DNA of 64,000 nt. Origin: Candidatus Nomurabacteria bacterium. GTDB taxonomy: Bacteria > Patescibacteriota > Minisyncoccia > Phycocordibacterales > UBA918. Under the pieces are notes generated by a model. That model did no database searches. It saw only the letters and a program-made list of their open reading frames with translations, and had not been told where the DNA came from. Each line of letters starts with the position of its first letter. Position 1 is the stretch's first letter. Of this stretch, positions 8,055 to 16,974 are shown piece by piece. Made by a program: the position numbers and the translations under genes. The stretch lies in contig CP060227.1 in the NCBI GenBank assembly GCA_023898525.1, forward strand, positions 557,634-621,633, in the 5' to 3' direction.

Positions 8055-9486
8055 GGTGAGAAAGTGCTTCGGTAAGCACAGCGCGAATTTTTTCGAGAGT
8101 AACTTCTACTTCTTTTTTCTTAGTTCGGTAGACTTCAAGTAATTCTTCTGGAGACTCAAGCACATCAACTGGGGTACGTGGATTCTTGATATCGAGGTTG
8201 TAGTTTCGCTTTACAATCTCATCAATAGATACTTTCCATGCACGATCATTCTCTTCTCGGTTATTCCACCATTCTTTCACTGGCTCAAATTCTTCAACCC
8301 TGATTGGATTGGTCATTGAATATGCTTTCTGACCTTCTGGAAGTGAGTGTTCGTAATACCAGACCTCTTTTGTAGGTTCGCCTTTAGTAAAGAACAGGAG
8401 GTTTGTGGCAATACTTGTGTATGGAGCAAACACGCTCTTTGGAAGACGGACAATGGTGTGAAGGTTGCACTCCTCAAGCAGTTGCTTCTTTAGAGCAGTT
8501 TTCATCCCTTCACCAAAGAGAGTACCGTCTGGCAAAACGATACCTGAGCGACCATGTTTCTTGAGCAAGCGGAGAATAAGTACAAGGAAGAGGTCAGCGG
8601 TTTCTCTGGTTTGGAATTCCTTCGGAAAATTGGCTTCGATACCTGGCTCTTCAGTACCACCAAAAGGGGGATTTGTAACAACACAATCTACTTTGTCAGC
8701 ATCGGTGTAGTCTCGAATCGGTTTCTCGAGGGTATTGCCACGACGCATAGTAACCGGCTCTTCAATACCATGGAGCATCATATTGGTCAGAAGGAGCATA
8801 TACGGTAACGGTTTCTTCTCCACGCCGTGAATACTTTGCTGAATCTTCTGCTCGTCCTTTACCGACTTCACTTGCTTACGCATGTGTTCAAGCGAATGAA
8901 CCAAGAAGCCACCGGTACCCGATGCAGGGTCTAATACTGACTCGCCAACCTTTGGATCAACCATTTCAACAATGAACTGCGTCACAGCTCGTGGCGTATA
9001 CATCTCTCCAAAGTTTCCGGCACTTTGAAGACTCTTCAGAAGACGCTCGTATACATCATTGAAAACGTGACGATCTTTTGAGGCATTGAAGTCAATCTCG
9101 TTAATCTTGTTTATCACTTGCTTTAACAGTGTCCCTTTACGCATGAAGTTATAGACATCTTGAAACGCCATACGGGTAAGGTCGGTACGTTGGTTGCCAT
9201 TCTTTGGTAAATCGCGAAGCCCAGGAAGCAGATCATTGTTTACAAACTCAATGAGCTTGTCTCCCGTCATTCCATCCATAGGAGCAGCCCACGTGCGCCA
9301 TTGATACTTCACAGGAAGAGTCGGGACATATTTCTCCTTACGAATTTCCAGTGCTCGATCCTCATCATCGAGGATCTTTAGAAAGATCAGCCACACCATC
9401 TGCGATAGCCGAGTCGCATCACCGTCAACACCAATATCTTGGCGCATGATGTCCTGGATGGCTTTAATTGTTGCGGGAGTAAGCAT
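8041..9486 (-). CDS. hsdM: Type I R-M N6-adenine DNA methyltransferase HsdM.
   Basis: It has the HsdM N-terminal domain. The SAM-binding motif is VLDPASGTGGFL. The catalytic motif IV is VVTNPPFGG (NPPF). Confidence 0.95.
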   Translation of the reverse strand: MLTPATIKAIQDIMRQDIGVDGDATRLSQMVWLIFLKILDDEDRALEIRKEKYVPTLPVKYQWRTWAAPMDGMTGDKLIEFVNNDLLPGLRDLPKNGNQRTDLTRMAFQDVYNFMRKGTLLKQVINKINEIDFNASKDRHVFNDVYERLLKSLQSAGNFGEMYTPRAVTQFIVEMVDPKVGESVLDPASGTGGFLVHSLEHMRKQVKSVKDEQKIQQSIHGVEKKPLPYMLLLTNMMLHGIEEPVTMRRGNTLEKPIRDYTDADKVDCVVTNPPFGGTEEPGIEANFPKEFQTRETADLFLVLILRLLKKHGRSGIVLPDGTLFGEGMKTALKKQLLEECNLHTIVRLPKSVFAPYTSIATNLLFFTKGEPTKEVWYYEHSLPEGQKAYSMTNPIRVEEFEPVKEWWNNREENDRAWKVSIDEIVKRNYNLDIKNPRTPVDVLESPEELLEVYRTKKKEVEVTLEKIRAVLTEALSHHDTK

Positions 9487-9489
9487 AGA

Positions 9490-11856
9490 TTATTGTGCGT
9501 ACATTACATCGAGTAATTCATCGACCGTTTGGAAGTATCCTTCTTTTCCACCAAAGAGCGATACGAGTTCGTAATCAGTACCCATTGAACGAAGTGGTTC
9601 TAGAGTAAGAATTCGAACGCTCTCAATGTCTTTAAGAGTAACGTCAGCATATTTCTCAAGAAGTGCTTCAAGCACTTCTCGTGCCTTTCCGCTGTACTTA
9701 TCAAGATAGTTTGAGCGGCGTACCGCTTCAATACGCTCATTCTTCTTCATCATCTTCTTATCATAGGCAACGTGCATGATGAGATCAAACAAATCAAAAT
9801 CTGCTCCAACTTGCTTCTGAAGCTCCTCGAGCGGAATACCACTCGCATCAATTTTATCAATAATAGCTTGGCGACGTTCTGCTGATTGCCAGGCACTGAA
9901 GAAACTTTCGAGTGTTGGGTAGTGCGTGAGAATATTCTTTTTGGTGAAATCAGTAAGCGATTGTGTGAGGAGTTTGCCGTCGGGACCAAGGTATTGCACT
10001 TGTTCCTTTACCACTGCGTACGGCACGCCGCTGAGTTTGTAGACTGGTGGACGTTCTGCAACCTCTTCTGAACCTTGTGAAATAACAGCGTCTACAAGTT
10101 CGTCTTCTTCAAACTTTTCCTCGACTGACATGTCTTCTGGATCTTCCGCTTCTATAGTTTCAGCAATATCTTCATCTTCTCCAACTTCAAATACACGCTC
10201 AGCGACACCGTCAAAGGCAGGGTCAGCAAAAAGTTTTGTGGCACCTTGAAAGTCCATAATCGTGAACCACATCTTTCCTTTGTCTTCACGAACTCGGGTA
10301 CCTCGACCAATAATCTGCTTAAACTCAGTCATGCTCTCAATCGGCTTGTCGAGCACAATGAGTTTGCAGGTTTGAGCATCCACACCAGTTGAGAGAAGTT
10401 GCGAGGTAGTAACAATTGTTGGGAATCGCTCTTCTGGGTCAATGAAGCGGTCAAGTTGATTCTTTCCTTCTTCATCGTCACCTGTAATACGCATGACGTA
10501 ACGAATATCCTCTCGGGCTCGTTCACCAGCTACATTTACTAACGCACTACGCATACGTTCAGCGTGAGCAGTTGTACGGCAAAAAACAATTGTCTTTGCA
10601 TATGGGTCTTCTACTGCTTCAAGGTACTCAAATATCTTTTCTGCAATTACTTTCTCTCGCTGTGGGAAGATAACGGATTTATTAATATCGCGAAGTTCAT
10701 AGAGTCGATCTTCTACTGGATTCCCATTATCATCTACGGTACCTGGCACAGGGCGCCAGCCAGTCACATCGTTATCGAGTAATACCCGCATAACCTTGTA
10801 TGGTGCCAAGAATCCATCATCAATACCTTGCTTGAGTGAGTAGGTATAGATAGGGTCACCAAAATAGTGTGAGGTGCTGGTGTCAGCGGTTTCTTTTGGT
10901 GTAGCGGTAAGACCAAGGTGTGTTGCTCCAGTAAAGTGCTCAAGAATTTCTCGCCACTCGCTATTTTCTGAAGCGCTACCTCGGTGACACTCATCAATAA
11001 CAATAAGATCGAAGAAATCTGAAGGTAATCGTTTGAAGAGTTTCTCTTCCTCTTCCTTGCCACTCATTGCTTGGTAGAGACTAAGGAATATTTCATGAGA
11101 CATCAGTGACCCTAGATCATTGAAGTTCTGTCGTGAAATCTTAGTTAGTGCATCACCAAAGTGCTTGAGGTCATTAATGCGTGCTTGGTCAACAAGAATA
11201 TTTCTATCAGCTAAAAACAATACTCGCTTTGCGCTACCAGACTTCCAAAGACGCCAAATAATCTGTCCAGCAGTGTACGTCTTTCCAGTACCAGTAGCCA
11301 TAACGAGTAAAATGCGTTTCTGACCACGCGCTACAGCCTCAACTGCTCGATCAATAGCAATACGTTGGAAATATCGTGGCGATTTGTTTGGGTCGTCAGA
11401 ATATAGTGGGGTTTCAATTACATTCTTAACAGCTTCAGCTTCACCCTTCCATGTGAGGTATCGAGCATACAATTCATCTGGTGATGGAAATTGGTCAGGA
11501 GTGAGAGTAGTCTCAGTCTCTGGTGAGAGACCAGTTCGGTCATGAAAAAGGAAACCCTCACCATTTGCCGAGAAAACGAATGGGACATCGAGCGCTGATG
11601 CGTACCCAAGAGCCTGCTGCATTCCTGCACCAAGATCTTTGGCAGCCGACTTTGCCTCCACAAGAGCAATTGGAAGATTTGGTCGGTACTCAAGAAGAAA
11701 GTCTACTTTCTTCTTTTCTCCTCGTTTAGCAACACGTCCGCTAACGTGAATGCGGCCCATCGTGTATGGGTACTCCTCTCGTATCTGGTGATCATTCCAT
11801 CCAGCACCTACTATGGTAGGGCGAATGAGACGATTTCTTGTTTCTTCTTCATTCAT
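9490..11856 (-). CDS. hsdR: Type I restriction enzyme R subunit HsdR.
   Basis: The N-terminus is a PD-(D/E)xK nuclease (VDFLL...VEAK). The SF2 helicase region carries Walker A (LLVMATGTGKTYTA), a DEAH box (IVIDECHRG) and motif VI (GRGTR). An HsdR C-terminal helical domain follows. At 788 aa it is shorter than many HsdR proteins, but all core domains are present. Confidence 0.9.
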   Translation of the reverse strand: MNEEETRNRLIRPTIVGAGWNDHQIREEYPYTMGRIHVSGRVAKRGEKKKVDFLLEYRPNLPIALVEAKSAAKDLGAGMQQALGYASALDVPFVFSANGEGFLFHDRTGLSPETETTLTPDQFPSPDELYARYLTWKGEAEAVKNVIETPLYSDDPNKSPRYFQRIAIDRAVEAVARGQKRILLVMATGTGKTYTAGQIIWRLWKSGSAKRVLFLADRNILVDQARINDLKHFGDALTKISRQNFNDLGSLMSHEIFLSLYQAMSGKEEEEKLFKRLPSDFFDLIVIDECHRGSASENSEWREILEHFTGATHLGLTATPKETADTSTSHYFGDPIYTYSLKQGIDDGFLAPYKVMRVLLDNDVTGWRPVPGTVDDNGNPVEDRLYELRDINKSVIFPQREKVIAEKIFEYLEAVEDPYAKTIVFCRTTAHAERMRSALVNVAGERAREDIRYVMRITGDDEEGKNQLDRFIDPEERFPTIVTTSQLLSTGVDAQTCKLIVLDKPIESMTEFKQIIGRGTRVREDKGKMWFTIMDFQGATKLFADPAFDGVAERVFEVGEDEDIAETIEAEDPEDMSVEEKFEEDELVDAVISQGSEEVAERPPVYKLSGVPYAVVKEQVQYLGPDGKLLTQSLTDFTKKNILTHYPTLESFFSAWQSAERRQAIIDKIDASGIPLEELQKQVGADFDLFDLIMHVAYDKKMMKKNERIEAVRRSNYLDKYSGKAREVLEALLEKYADVTLKDIESVRILTLEPLRSMGTDYELVSLFGGKEGYFQTVDELLDVMYAQ

Positions 11857-11860
11857 AAAA

Positions 11861-12064
11861 TTAGTTGCTCTTGGTTAAAAAACTGATGATGTCCTCTTTA
11901 CGGTAGCGACGGTCTTTTCTTGTACCAAAGCGTAGTGCTTTTAATACACCGTTATTGTCCCACTTACGAAGCGTGTTGGGGTGGCAATTGAGAACATCAC
12001 AGGCCTGTTGCAAGGTCAGGATGTCTGGCAGCTCCAATAGCTTTTTTTCGTGGTTCGTTGGCAT
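11861..12064 (-). CDS. Small helix-turn-helix DNA-binding protein of the excisionase/AlpA/MerR-like HTH_17 type, immediately upstream of hsdR.
   Basis: LTLQQACDVLNCHPNTLRKWDNNGVLKALRFGTRKDRRYRKEDI matches the Xis/AlpA-like HTH signature. It could act as an excisionase or as a controller of the R-M operon. Confidence 0.65.
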   Translation of the reverse strand: MPTNHEKKLLELPDILTLQQACDVLNCHPNTLRKWDNNGVLKALRFGTRKDRRYRKEDIISFLTKSN

Positions 12065-12090
12065 AATTGCTAACTTAACACAAGTTTACA

Positions 12091-12510
12091 CTAATTTTCG
12101 AGGATGACCATTTTATTTTTAAGCTTGATTTCAGACTTGAAGCATCCCATCAACTCCCGCTTCTCTTCATTTGAACCCTCCTTTAGCACGTACTTGGCGT
12201 AGTCTCTGAGGTTTATATCTTGATGATCGCTAGCCCTCCCCTTGATGCCGAGCACCCCTTTATGGAATTTGTTGAATCGCTTCAACTCCTCCTCGAATTT
12301 AACCTGTACTCCTGTCTCATTGAGATTAATCTTGTCCATGAGCTTGCTGAACTGCTCAGTAAGCTCTTCTTCCCGCATGTATGGATTCTTGCAGTGGCGG
12401 TCTTTAGAGCGACCACACCCGTAATAGATGTACTTAGCAGTAGTGCCATCTTTTAATGCTTTATACTTTTCTTCCGCACTGATACCAGAACCACAGAGTC
12501 CACAAGTCAT
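12091..12510 (-). pseudogene. C-terminal remnant of a large serine recombinase (zinc beta-ribbon plus coiled-coil tail). The catalytic resolvase and recombinase domains are missing.
   Basis: CGLCGSGI...YIYYGCG is the recombinase zinc-ribbon signature (CxxCG...YYxC). The ORF is only 139 aa. Its reading frame stays open 10 codons upstream of the ATG (...KGKEFTFTKL-M) and then hits a stop. There is no room for the roughly 300-aa N-terminal catalytic part. Confidence 0.55.
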
Positions 12511-12622
12511 AAGCTTTGTAAAAGTAAATTCCTTGCCTTTTTATACAAACTTAGATACTGTTGCAAACGGAAATACGACACAGTGAGCAATATATACAAA
12601 CTACAACTTTAGGAGGTGTCCT

Positions 12623-13291
12623 ATGCACAGATGTGAAGGAAAATGGATTGAAGCATATCAAGATAAAAAAGCTTTTTGGATGCATAGTGGTGACAATACA
12701 AAACCACATGCCCTACTTACCAGCAGAAAACATTCAAACGGTTTCTTTAACAGTCGGTTAATAATAGCTGATGAACCACTACTGAATGAAGCGGCAGCTG
12801 ATTTGCTGGAAATGTATCTAAAACATTATGGAGGAGCGATAAATGATATCGATGGCGTAGTTGGCCCACAAACCGGTGCTACAAAATTAGCAAAATTGAT
12901 TTGTCAGCATGTAGTAAATGAGACTGGAAGCGACCGCTTTTATGCTTCACCGGCAAAATACACCGACGAAGATGGGGTTAAATCAATGGTTTTTACAGAC
13001 GAAGACTTGCTCCTATTAGCAGGAAACACAATCTTGCTCTGTGAGGACGTAGTAACCACCGGTGGAAGTATCGGGCTAACAGCAGAAGCTGCAGAAAAGG
13101 CTAACGCAACAGTAATGCCTTATATAGTTACCTTAGTGAATCGCTCTGGACAAAGTGAAATTGATAACCGAAAAATAATTTCCCTGATCAGCAAACACAT
13201 GCCCACCTGGGCAGAAGAAGAATGTCCTCTCTGCAAAACCGGCTCTCAAGCCTTACCGGCTAAAGATAACTGGAATGAGTTGAATAAGTAA
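12623..13291 (+). CDS. Phosphoribosyltransferase, orotate-PRTase-like.
   Basis: The PRPP-binding motif is ILLCEDVVTTGGS. The N-terminal region (SRKHSNGFFNSRL) resembles the OPRTase flexible loop. A strong SD sequence (aggagg) lies 7 nt upstream. Confidence 0.65.
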   Translation: MHRCEGKWIEAYQDKKAFWMHSGDNTKPHALLTSRKHSNGFFNSRLIIADEPLLNEAAADLLEMYLKHYGGAINDIDGVVGPQTGATKLAKLICQHVVNETGSDRFYASPAKYTDEDGVKSMVFTDEDLLLLAGNTILLCEDVVTTGGSIGLTAEAAEKANATVMPYIVTLVNRSGQSEIDNRKIISLISKHMPTWAEEECPLCKTGSQALPAKDNWNELNK

Positions 13292-13610
13292 AGTAATTTT
13301 TAACCTCTATGCTTTTAAAGCCCTCAATAAGTTGGGGGCTTCATCTTTATCTATTTGACATCAGACCAACCGATATTACTTTTGTTCTGTTTGATTCGTT
13401 ATTTTTACTCAACCAAGGCGTCCCTTACTTGTATATTTTCTGGGACAAAGTTTTAAAGCGGTACACACGCCCAAAACCGTTGCTGTAGATAGGTAAACAC
13501 TACTACCTATTTTTTTGGGAAATTGATTGACTCCAACCCGGATCTAAAAAAACTCTTATTTACTGTTAATGTTATACTGTCACGCACACTAGAAACTGTA
13601 GTTACTCAAC

Positions 13611-14177
13611 ATGAATAAACAAAAAAAGCGCTGTTGGAATATTTCTGAAGACGACACATTGATGGCTGATTATCACGATAACGAATGGGGTAAGCCGGTA
13701 CATGATGATCGACATTTATTTGAAATACTAATATTAGACGGCGCCCAAGCTGGTCTGTCGTGGCGGACAATTTTGAGTAAACGTGATAATTACCGCCAAG
13801 CCTTTGATAATTTTGATGTTCAAAAAGTAGCTCAATACAATGAAAAAAAGATTGAAGAACTAATGAATAACGAAGGGATAGTCCGCAACCGCCTAAAGAT
13901 TCAGTCAGCCATCAGAAACGCCAAGGTATTCATGGAAATACAAAAAGAGTTTGGGTCATTTGATAAATATATCTGGAGTTTTTCAGGCGGTAAAACCATC
14001 AAAAATAATTGGACGAAGCAAGAGGACGTACCCGCCACTTCCCCGCTCTCAGATGAGATTAGTAAGGATTTGAAAAAACGCGGTATGAATTTTGTCGGTT
14101 CCACTATTATTTATGCAGCGATTCAAAGCATTGGTATTGTCGACGACCATTTGGTCGGCTGTCATAAAAATTGGTAA
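13611..14177 (+). CDS. tag: DNA-3-methyladenine glycosylase I.
   Basis: RCWNISEDDTLMADYHDNEWGKPVHDDRHLFEILILDGAQAGLSWRTIL closely matches the Tag family signature, including the zinc-binding Cys/His. The length is typical (188 aa). Confidence 0.9.
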   Translation: MNKQKKRCWNISEDDTLMADYHDNEWGKPVHDDRHLFEILILDGAQAGLSWRTILSKRDNYRQAFDNFDVQKVAQYNEKKIEELMNNEGIVRNRLKIQSAIRNAKVFMEIQKEFGSFDKYIWSFSGGKTIKNNWTKQEDVPATSPLSDEISKDLKKRGMNFVGSTIIYAAIQSIGIVDDHLVGCHKNW

Positions 14178-14241
14178 ATATAAGAAAAGAAAAAACCAGC
14201 TGCACATGGCAACTGGCTCAATATTTTTGTTACTGCTGTTT

Positions 14242-14834
14242 TTACCCCTCAGAATAAAAGAGGTGGCTCCCCGCTCTGCAGACAAAGAATTCACGCTTTG
14301 CCCACTCTGGCGGAGTCTCCACAATGTCTGGGTTGTAGTACAAAACTGCACCCGGACAAGGATTTGCTATGCGATCAGTCAACACATCTACCACAACTTT
14401 TTCAATTTCAACATATCTGTTGAAATATTTTGGTTGCAATAACTCGCTGAACTGCACAGTACACACTCCATCGTACTGACATTTTATATCACCTGGGCGA
14501 TTTTCATTTCTTTGATAGATGACATTTATCATTCTATCTGGAAATTTTTCTGAGAACATTCTGGTCAATACAGTATACGTTACCGCAGGCCAACTGTTAG
14601 GATCCCATTTATCAACCCAGACTTCGCTGTAGACTAGCCGAGTAAGAGAATCTACAACAAACTCCCATTCTTTTTCAGAATGGATATTGTATGGATATTG
14701 TATGGATAGAATGAATAAGAAGTCACCTGAAGTGGGATTGTTAGACCGCCACTTTCATATTTGATACTAGACTTACCAGTAACCGCCCAAAACGTCAAAA
14801 TAACTACTATAAGAATTACAGAAATAATCCTCAT
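14242..14834 (-). pseudogene. Secreted protein gene (about 187 aa if repaired) disrupted by a frameshift caused by an 11-bp tandem duplication.
   Basis: ORF 14652..14834 carries a signal peptide (MRIISVILIVVILTFWAVTG) and ends ...FYPYNIHTISIL*. ORF 14242..14568 continues upstream in another frame as ...SIQYPYNIHSEKEWEFVVDSLTRLVYSEVWVDKWDPNSW... Removing one copy of atggatattgt gives one continuous ORF, ...SYSFYPYNIHSEKEWEF... Confidence 0.5.
14679..14707. repeat. Tandem repeat (atggatattgt)x2 plus a partial copy (atggata), located inside a coding sequence.
   Basis: Seen directly in the sequence. The 11-nt unit shifts the reading frame. Confidence 0.85.
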
Positions 14835-14880
14835 TTCATCCCCTTAAATAACAAAAATATATGACTCATAATAACACGAA

Positions 14881-15570
14881 TCACATTTTTGTCAATGTCT
14901 GCTGACCAACCTGTTCTGAATCGTTGTTATGATCTACAGAAAATTTTCTTAAAATTCTTGGTGCAAACGGGATTTTCTGTCTTCGCCTCATCCAGTAATA
15001 ACCAATCGTAGCAACAATGATAGCGCCTGCTCCATTAAAGATAAAATCCCACATAGTATCGGGCAAGCCATTTTCTTGCATTGTGTAACCAAACAGAGTA
15101 TCCCCTGCATATTCGTAAATTTCCCAAACCACAGATAAAGCTAAAGAAAAACAAACGGCAAACACTGAGATGAAACCGGGGCTCATAGTGAGTTTATCTG
15201 ATCGCCTGGCGTTCAAAATATAAACCATGACAAACCCTACCACCCCGAGCAATATGCCAGATTGAAAATGAAGCACCGTATCCCACCAATAGAATTTTTC
15301 ATAAAAATCATTTAGACTACCCAAAAACAAAGAGAGAAAAATAAAAACCACGATGGCAAAATCGAGTTCAAACGGCATGTAAAAACGATACTGCATCCGC
15401 AAGAAGGAAGGGGTTATCATAAGCAGCAATATAAATACCGCACTAACCGCTGACTCCCACTCACCATAGAAAAGAAAAACGAACACCGACAAAGCCACAA
15501 AGGCTCGCATTCCGAAATAAATATTTAAAGCCAGTTTATTTCGTTCACCATTATTATAGTCACGACTCAT
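14881..15570 (-). CDS. Polytopic membrane protein, hypothetical.
   Basis: It has six or more hydrophobic segments. I recognise no motif. Confidence 0.5.
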   Translation of the reverse strand: MSRDYNNGERNKLALNIYFGMRAFVALSVFVFLFYGEWESAVSAVFILLLMITPSFLRMQYRFYMPFELDFAIVVFIFLSLFLGSLNDFYEKFYWWDTVLHFQSGILLGVVGFVMVYILNARRSDKLTMSPGFISVFAVCFSLALSVVWEIYEYAGDTLFGYTMQENGLPDTMWDFIFNGAGAIIVATIGYYWMRRRQKIPFAPRILRKFSVDHNNDSEQVGQQTLTKM

Positions 15571-15644
15571 AAACTTTATTATACAAAGATTACACCTTTT
15601 TACTACACTATACGTACTTCTGAAAAATATGCTTTAATCAATGA

Positions 15645-16256
15645 GTGCATGATAAACATTCAGACCTTATAGGCTTAGGCATTGTAGTCATTTTGTTTGG
15701 TCTAGCTTTATATGTAAGCCAATCTTTTGGTGCTGAACTTGGAGCGTACTTGAACTTTGGCTTCAGTGGCATGTTCATCTATGTATTATTGGGAATAATC
15801 GCCACTGTAGCTGCCCCAATTACAACTGTCCCTTTGATACCGATTGCGACCAGCCTTTGGGGGGCTTTTATCACTGGGCTTTTAAGTGTAGTAGCATGGA
15901 CAATCGGAGCAATAATCGCCTTTATGTTAGCTCGTCGCTTTGGCAGACCAATATTAAGCAAGTACATTGACCTATCAAAAATCTCTAGGTACGAAAAGAT
16001 TTTTGGTGATGAACAAATATTTTGGCAAATTGTCATCTTGCGCATGATGATACCGGTGGATATTTTAAGTTATGCGATTGGATTATTTTCGACCGTGAAA
16101 TTAAGTACTTATACCGCCGCCACAATTATTGGTATCTCCCCTTTTGCTTTCATTCTAGCCTATATGCCCAATATGGACTTAACTATACAAATCTATGTCG
16201 GTATCTTTATCGCCATAGTAGCCTATCTTGGTTATAGAAAATTTAACCGCAAGTAG
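15645..16256 (+). CDS. DedA/TVP38/TMEM64-family membrane protein.
   Basis: VPLIPIATSLWG and the ARRFGR motif match the SNARE-associated (DedA) family. Confidence 0.7.
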   Translation: MHDKHSDLIGLGIVVILFGLALYVSQSFGAELGAYLNFGFSGMFIYVLLGIIATVAAPITTVPLIPIATSLWGAFITGLLSVVAWTIGAIIAFMLARRFGRPILSKYIDLSKISRYEKIFGDEQIFWQIVILRMMIPVDILSYAIGLFSTVKLSTYTAATIIGISPFAFILAYMPNMDLTIQIYVGIFIAIVAYLGYRKFNRK

Positions 16257-16274
16257 TCTATTTTTATTTGAGTC

Positions 16275-16973
16275 CTAGTCAGTATCTATATCTGTAAACA
16301 ACCATGTACTCTTCATTTTTCTCAAGATGCAAACTGGTGTCAAACCTTGGTTACAATCGGTATCGTTTTCCAACCTCTTTACAATAACCTGCTTTTCTTT
16401 ACCGGCTGCGTAGACGATAGCAAAATCAATTTGTTCAATCATGAAAGTTGGGGTGACGGTGATACGCTTAGTGTATTCATTTACCTCTTTTGGTACTTCA
16501 TATGACACCGCCCACTTACCCAAAGCAAAGCTATTAGCATAATCTCCCGGCATGATACCGGCCGTGTGGCCATCTAGACCAATCCCAACCGTAGCAATTA
16601 TAATTCCGGAAGGATTCTCTTGTCGCCATTCCCTCAACTCAGTCTCCCACTTTTCTGCAACCTCTTGGCAACCATTGTTATCATAAACTTTGGTGGAAAT
16701 AGTCTTTACCTTTTTACCTGACGCCCGTTTATAAAATTCTGTCTTTTCTATTTGAGCGAAGTTGTTTATATTTTCGTCAGAAGAACAGCGTTCATCCAGA
16801 ACTGTCAGTGTCAGGTTTTCACTTAAACTTTCTGCAGCTATTTGATCCAGTAATGTCAAAGCCGAGCCACCAGAAAGCATGAGTAGAACAGACTGATCTT
16901 TATATTTAATTAACAATTGTTGCAACGCTTTGCCGGCTTCTTCGGCTGGATTTTTTGATCGGATAACCTCCAT
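16275..16973 (-). CDS. pgl: 6-phosphogluconolactonase (DevB/Pgl family).
   Basis: The motifs LMLSGGS and GIGLDGHTAG fit the GlcN6P-deaminase/6PGL fold. The gene lies directly downstream of zwf-gnd. Confidence 0.7.
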   Translation of the reverse strand: MEVIRSKNPAEEAGKALQQLLIKYKDQSVLLMLSGGSALTLLDQIAAESLSENLTLTVLDERCSSDENINNFAQIEKTEFYKRASGKKVKTISTKVYDNNGCQEVAEKWETELREWRQENPSGIIIATVGIGLDGHTAGIMPGDYANSFALGKWAVSYEVPKEVNEYTKRITVTPTFMIEQIDFAIVYAAGKEKQVIVKRLENDTDCNQGLTPVCILRKMKSTWLFTDIDTD

Positions 16974-16974
16974 A

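Noticed and set aside
7093-11729. Short ORFs overlapping hsdS, hsdM and hsdR on either strand (7093..7494, 8465..8710, 8502..8684, 8554..8808, 9750..9989, 9886..10071, 10329..10526, 10564..10782, 10764..11063, 11120..11323, 11418..11693, 11523..11729).
   Set aside because: They are embedded in genes with strong motif support. They are shadow ORFs.
14049-14442. ORFs 14049..14351 (-), 14092..14442 (+) and 13901..14104 (-) overlapping the tag gene and the disrupted secreted-protein gene.
   Set aside because: They overlap better-supported genes and have low-complexity translations.
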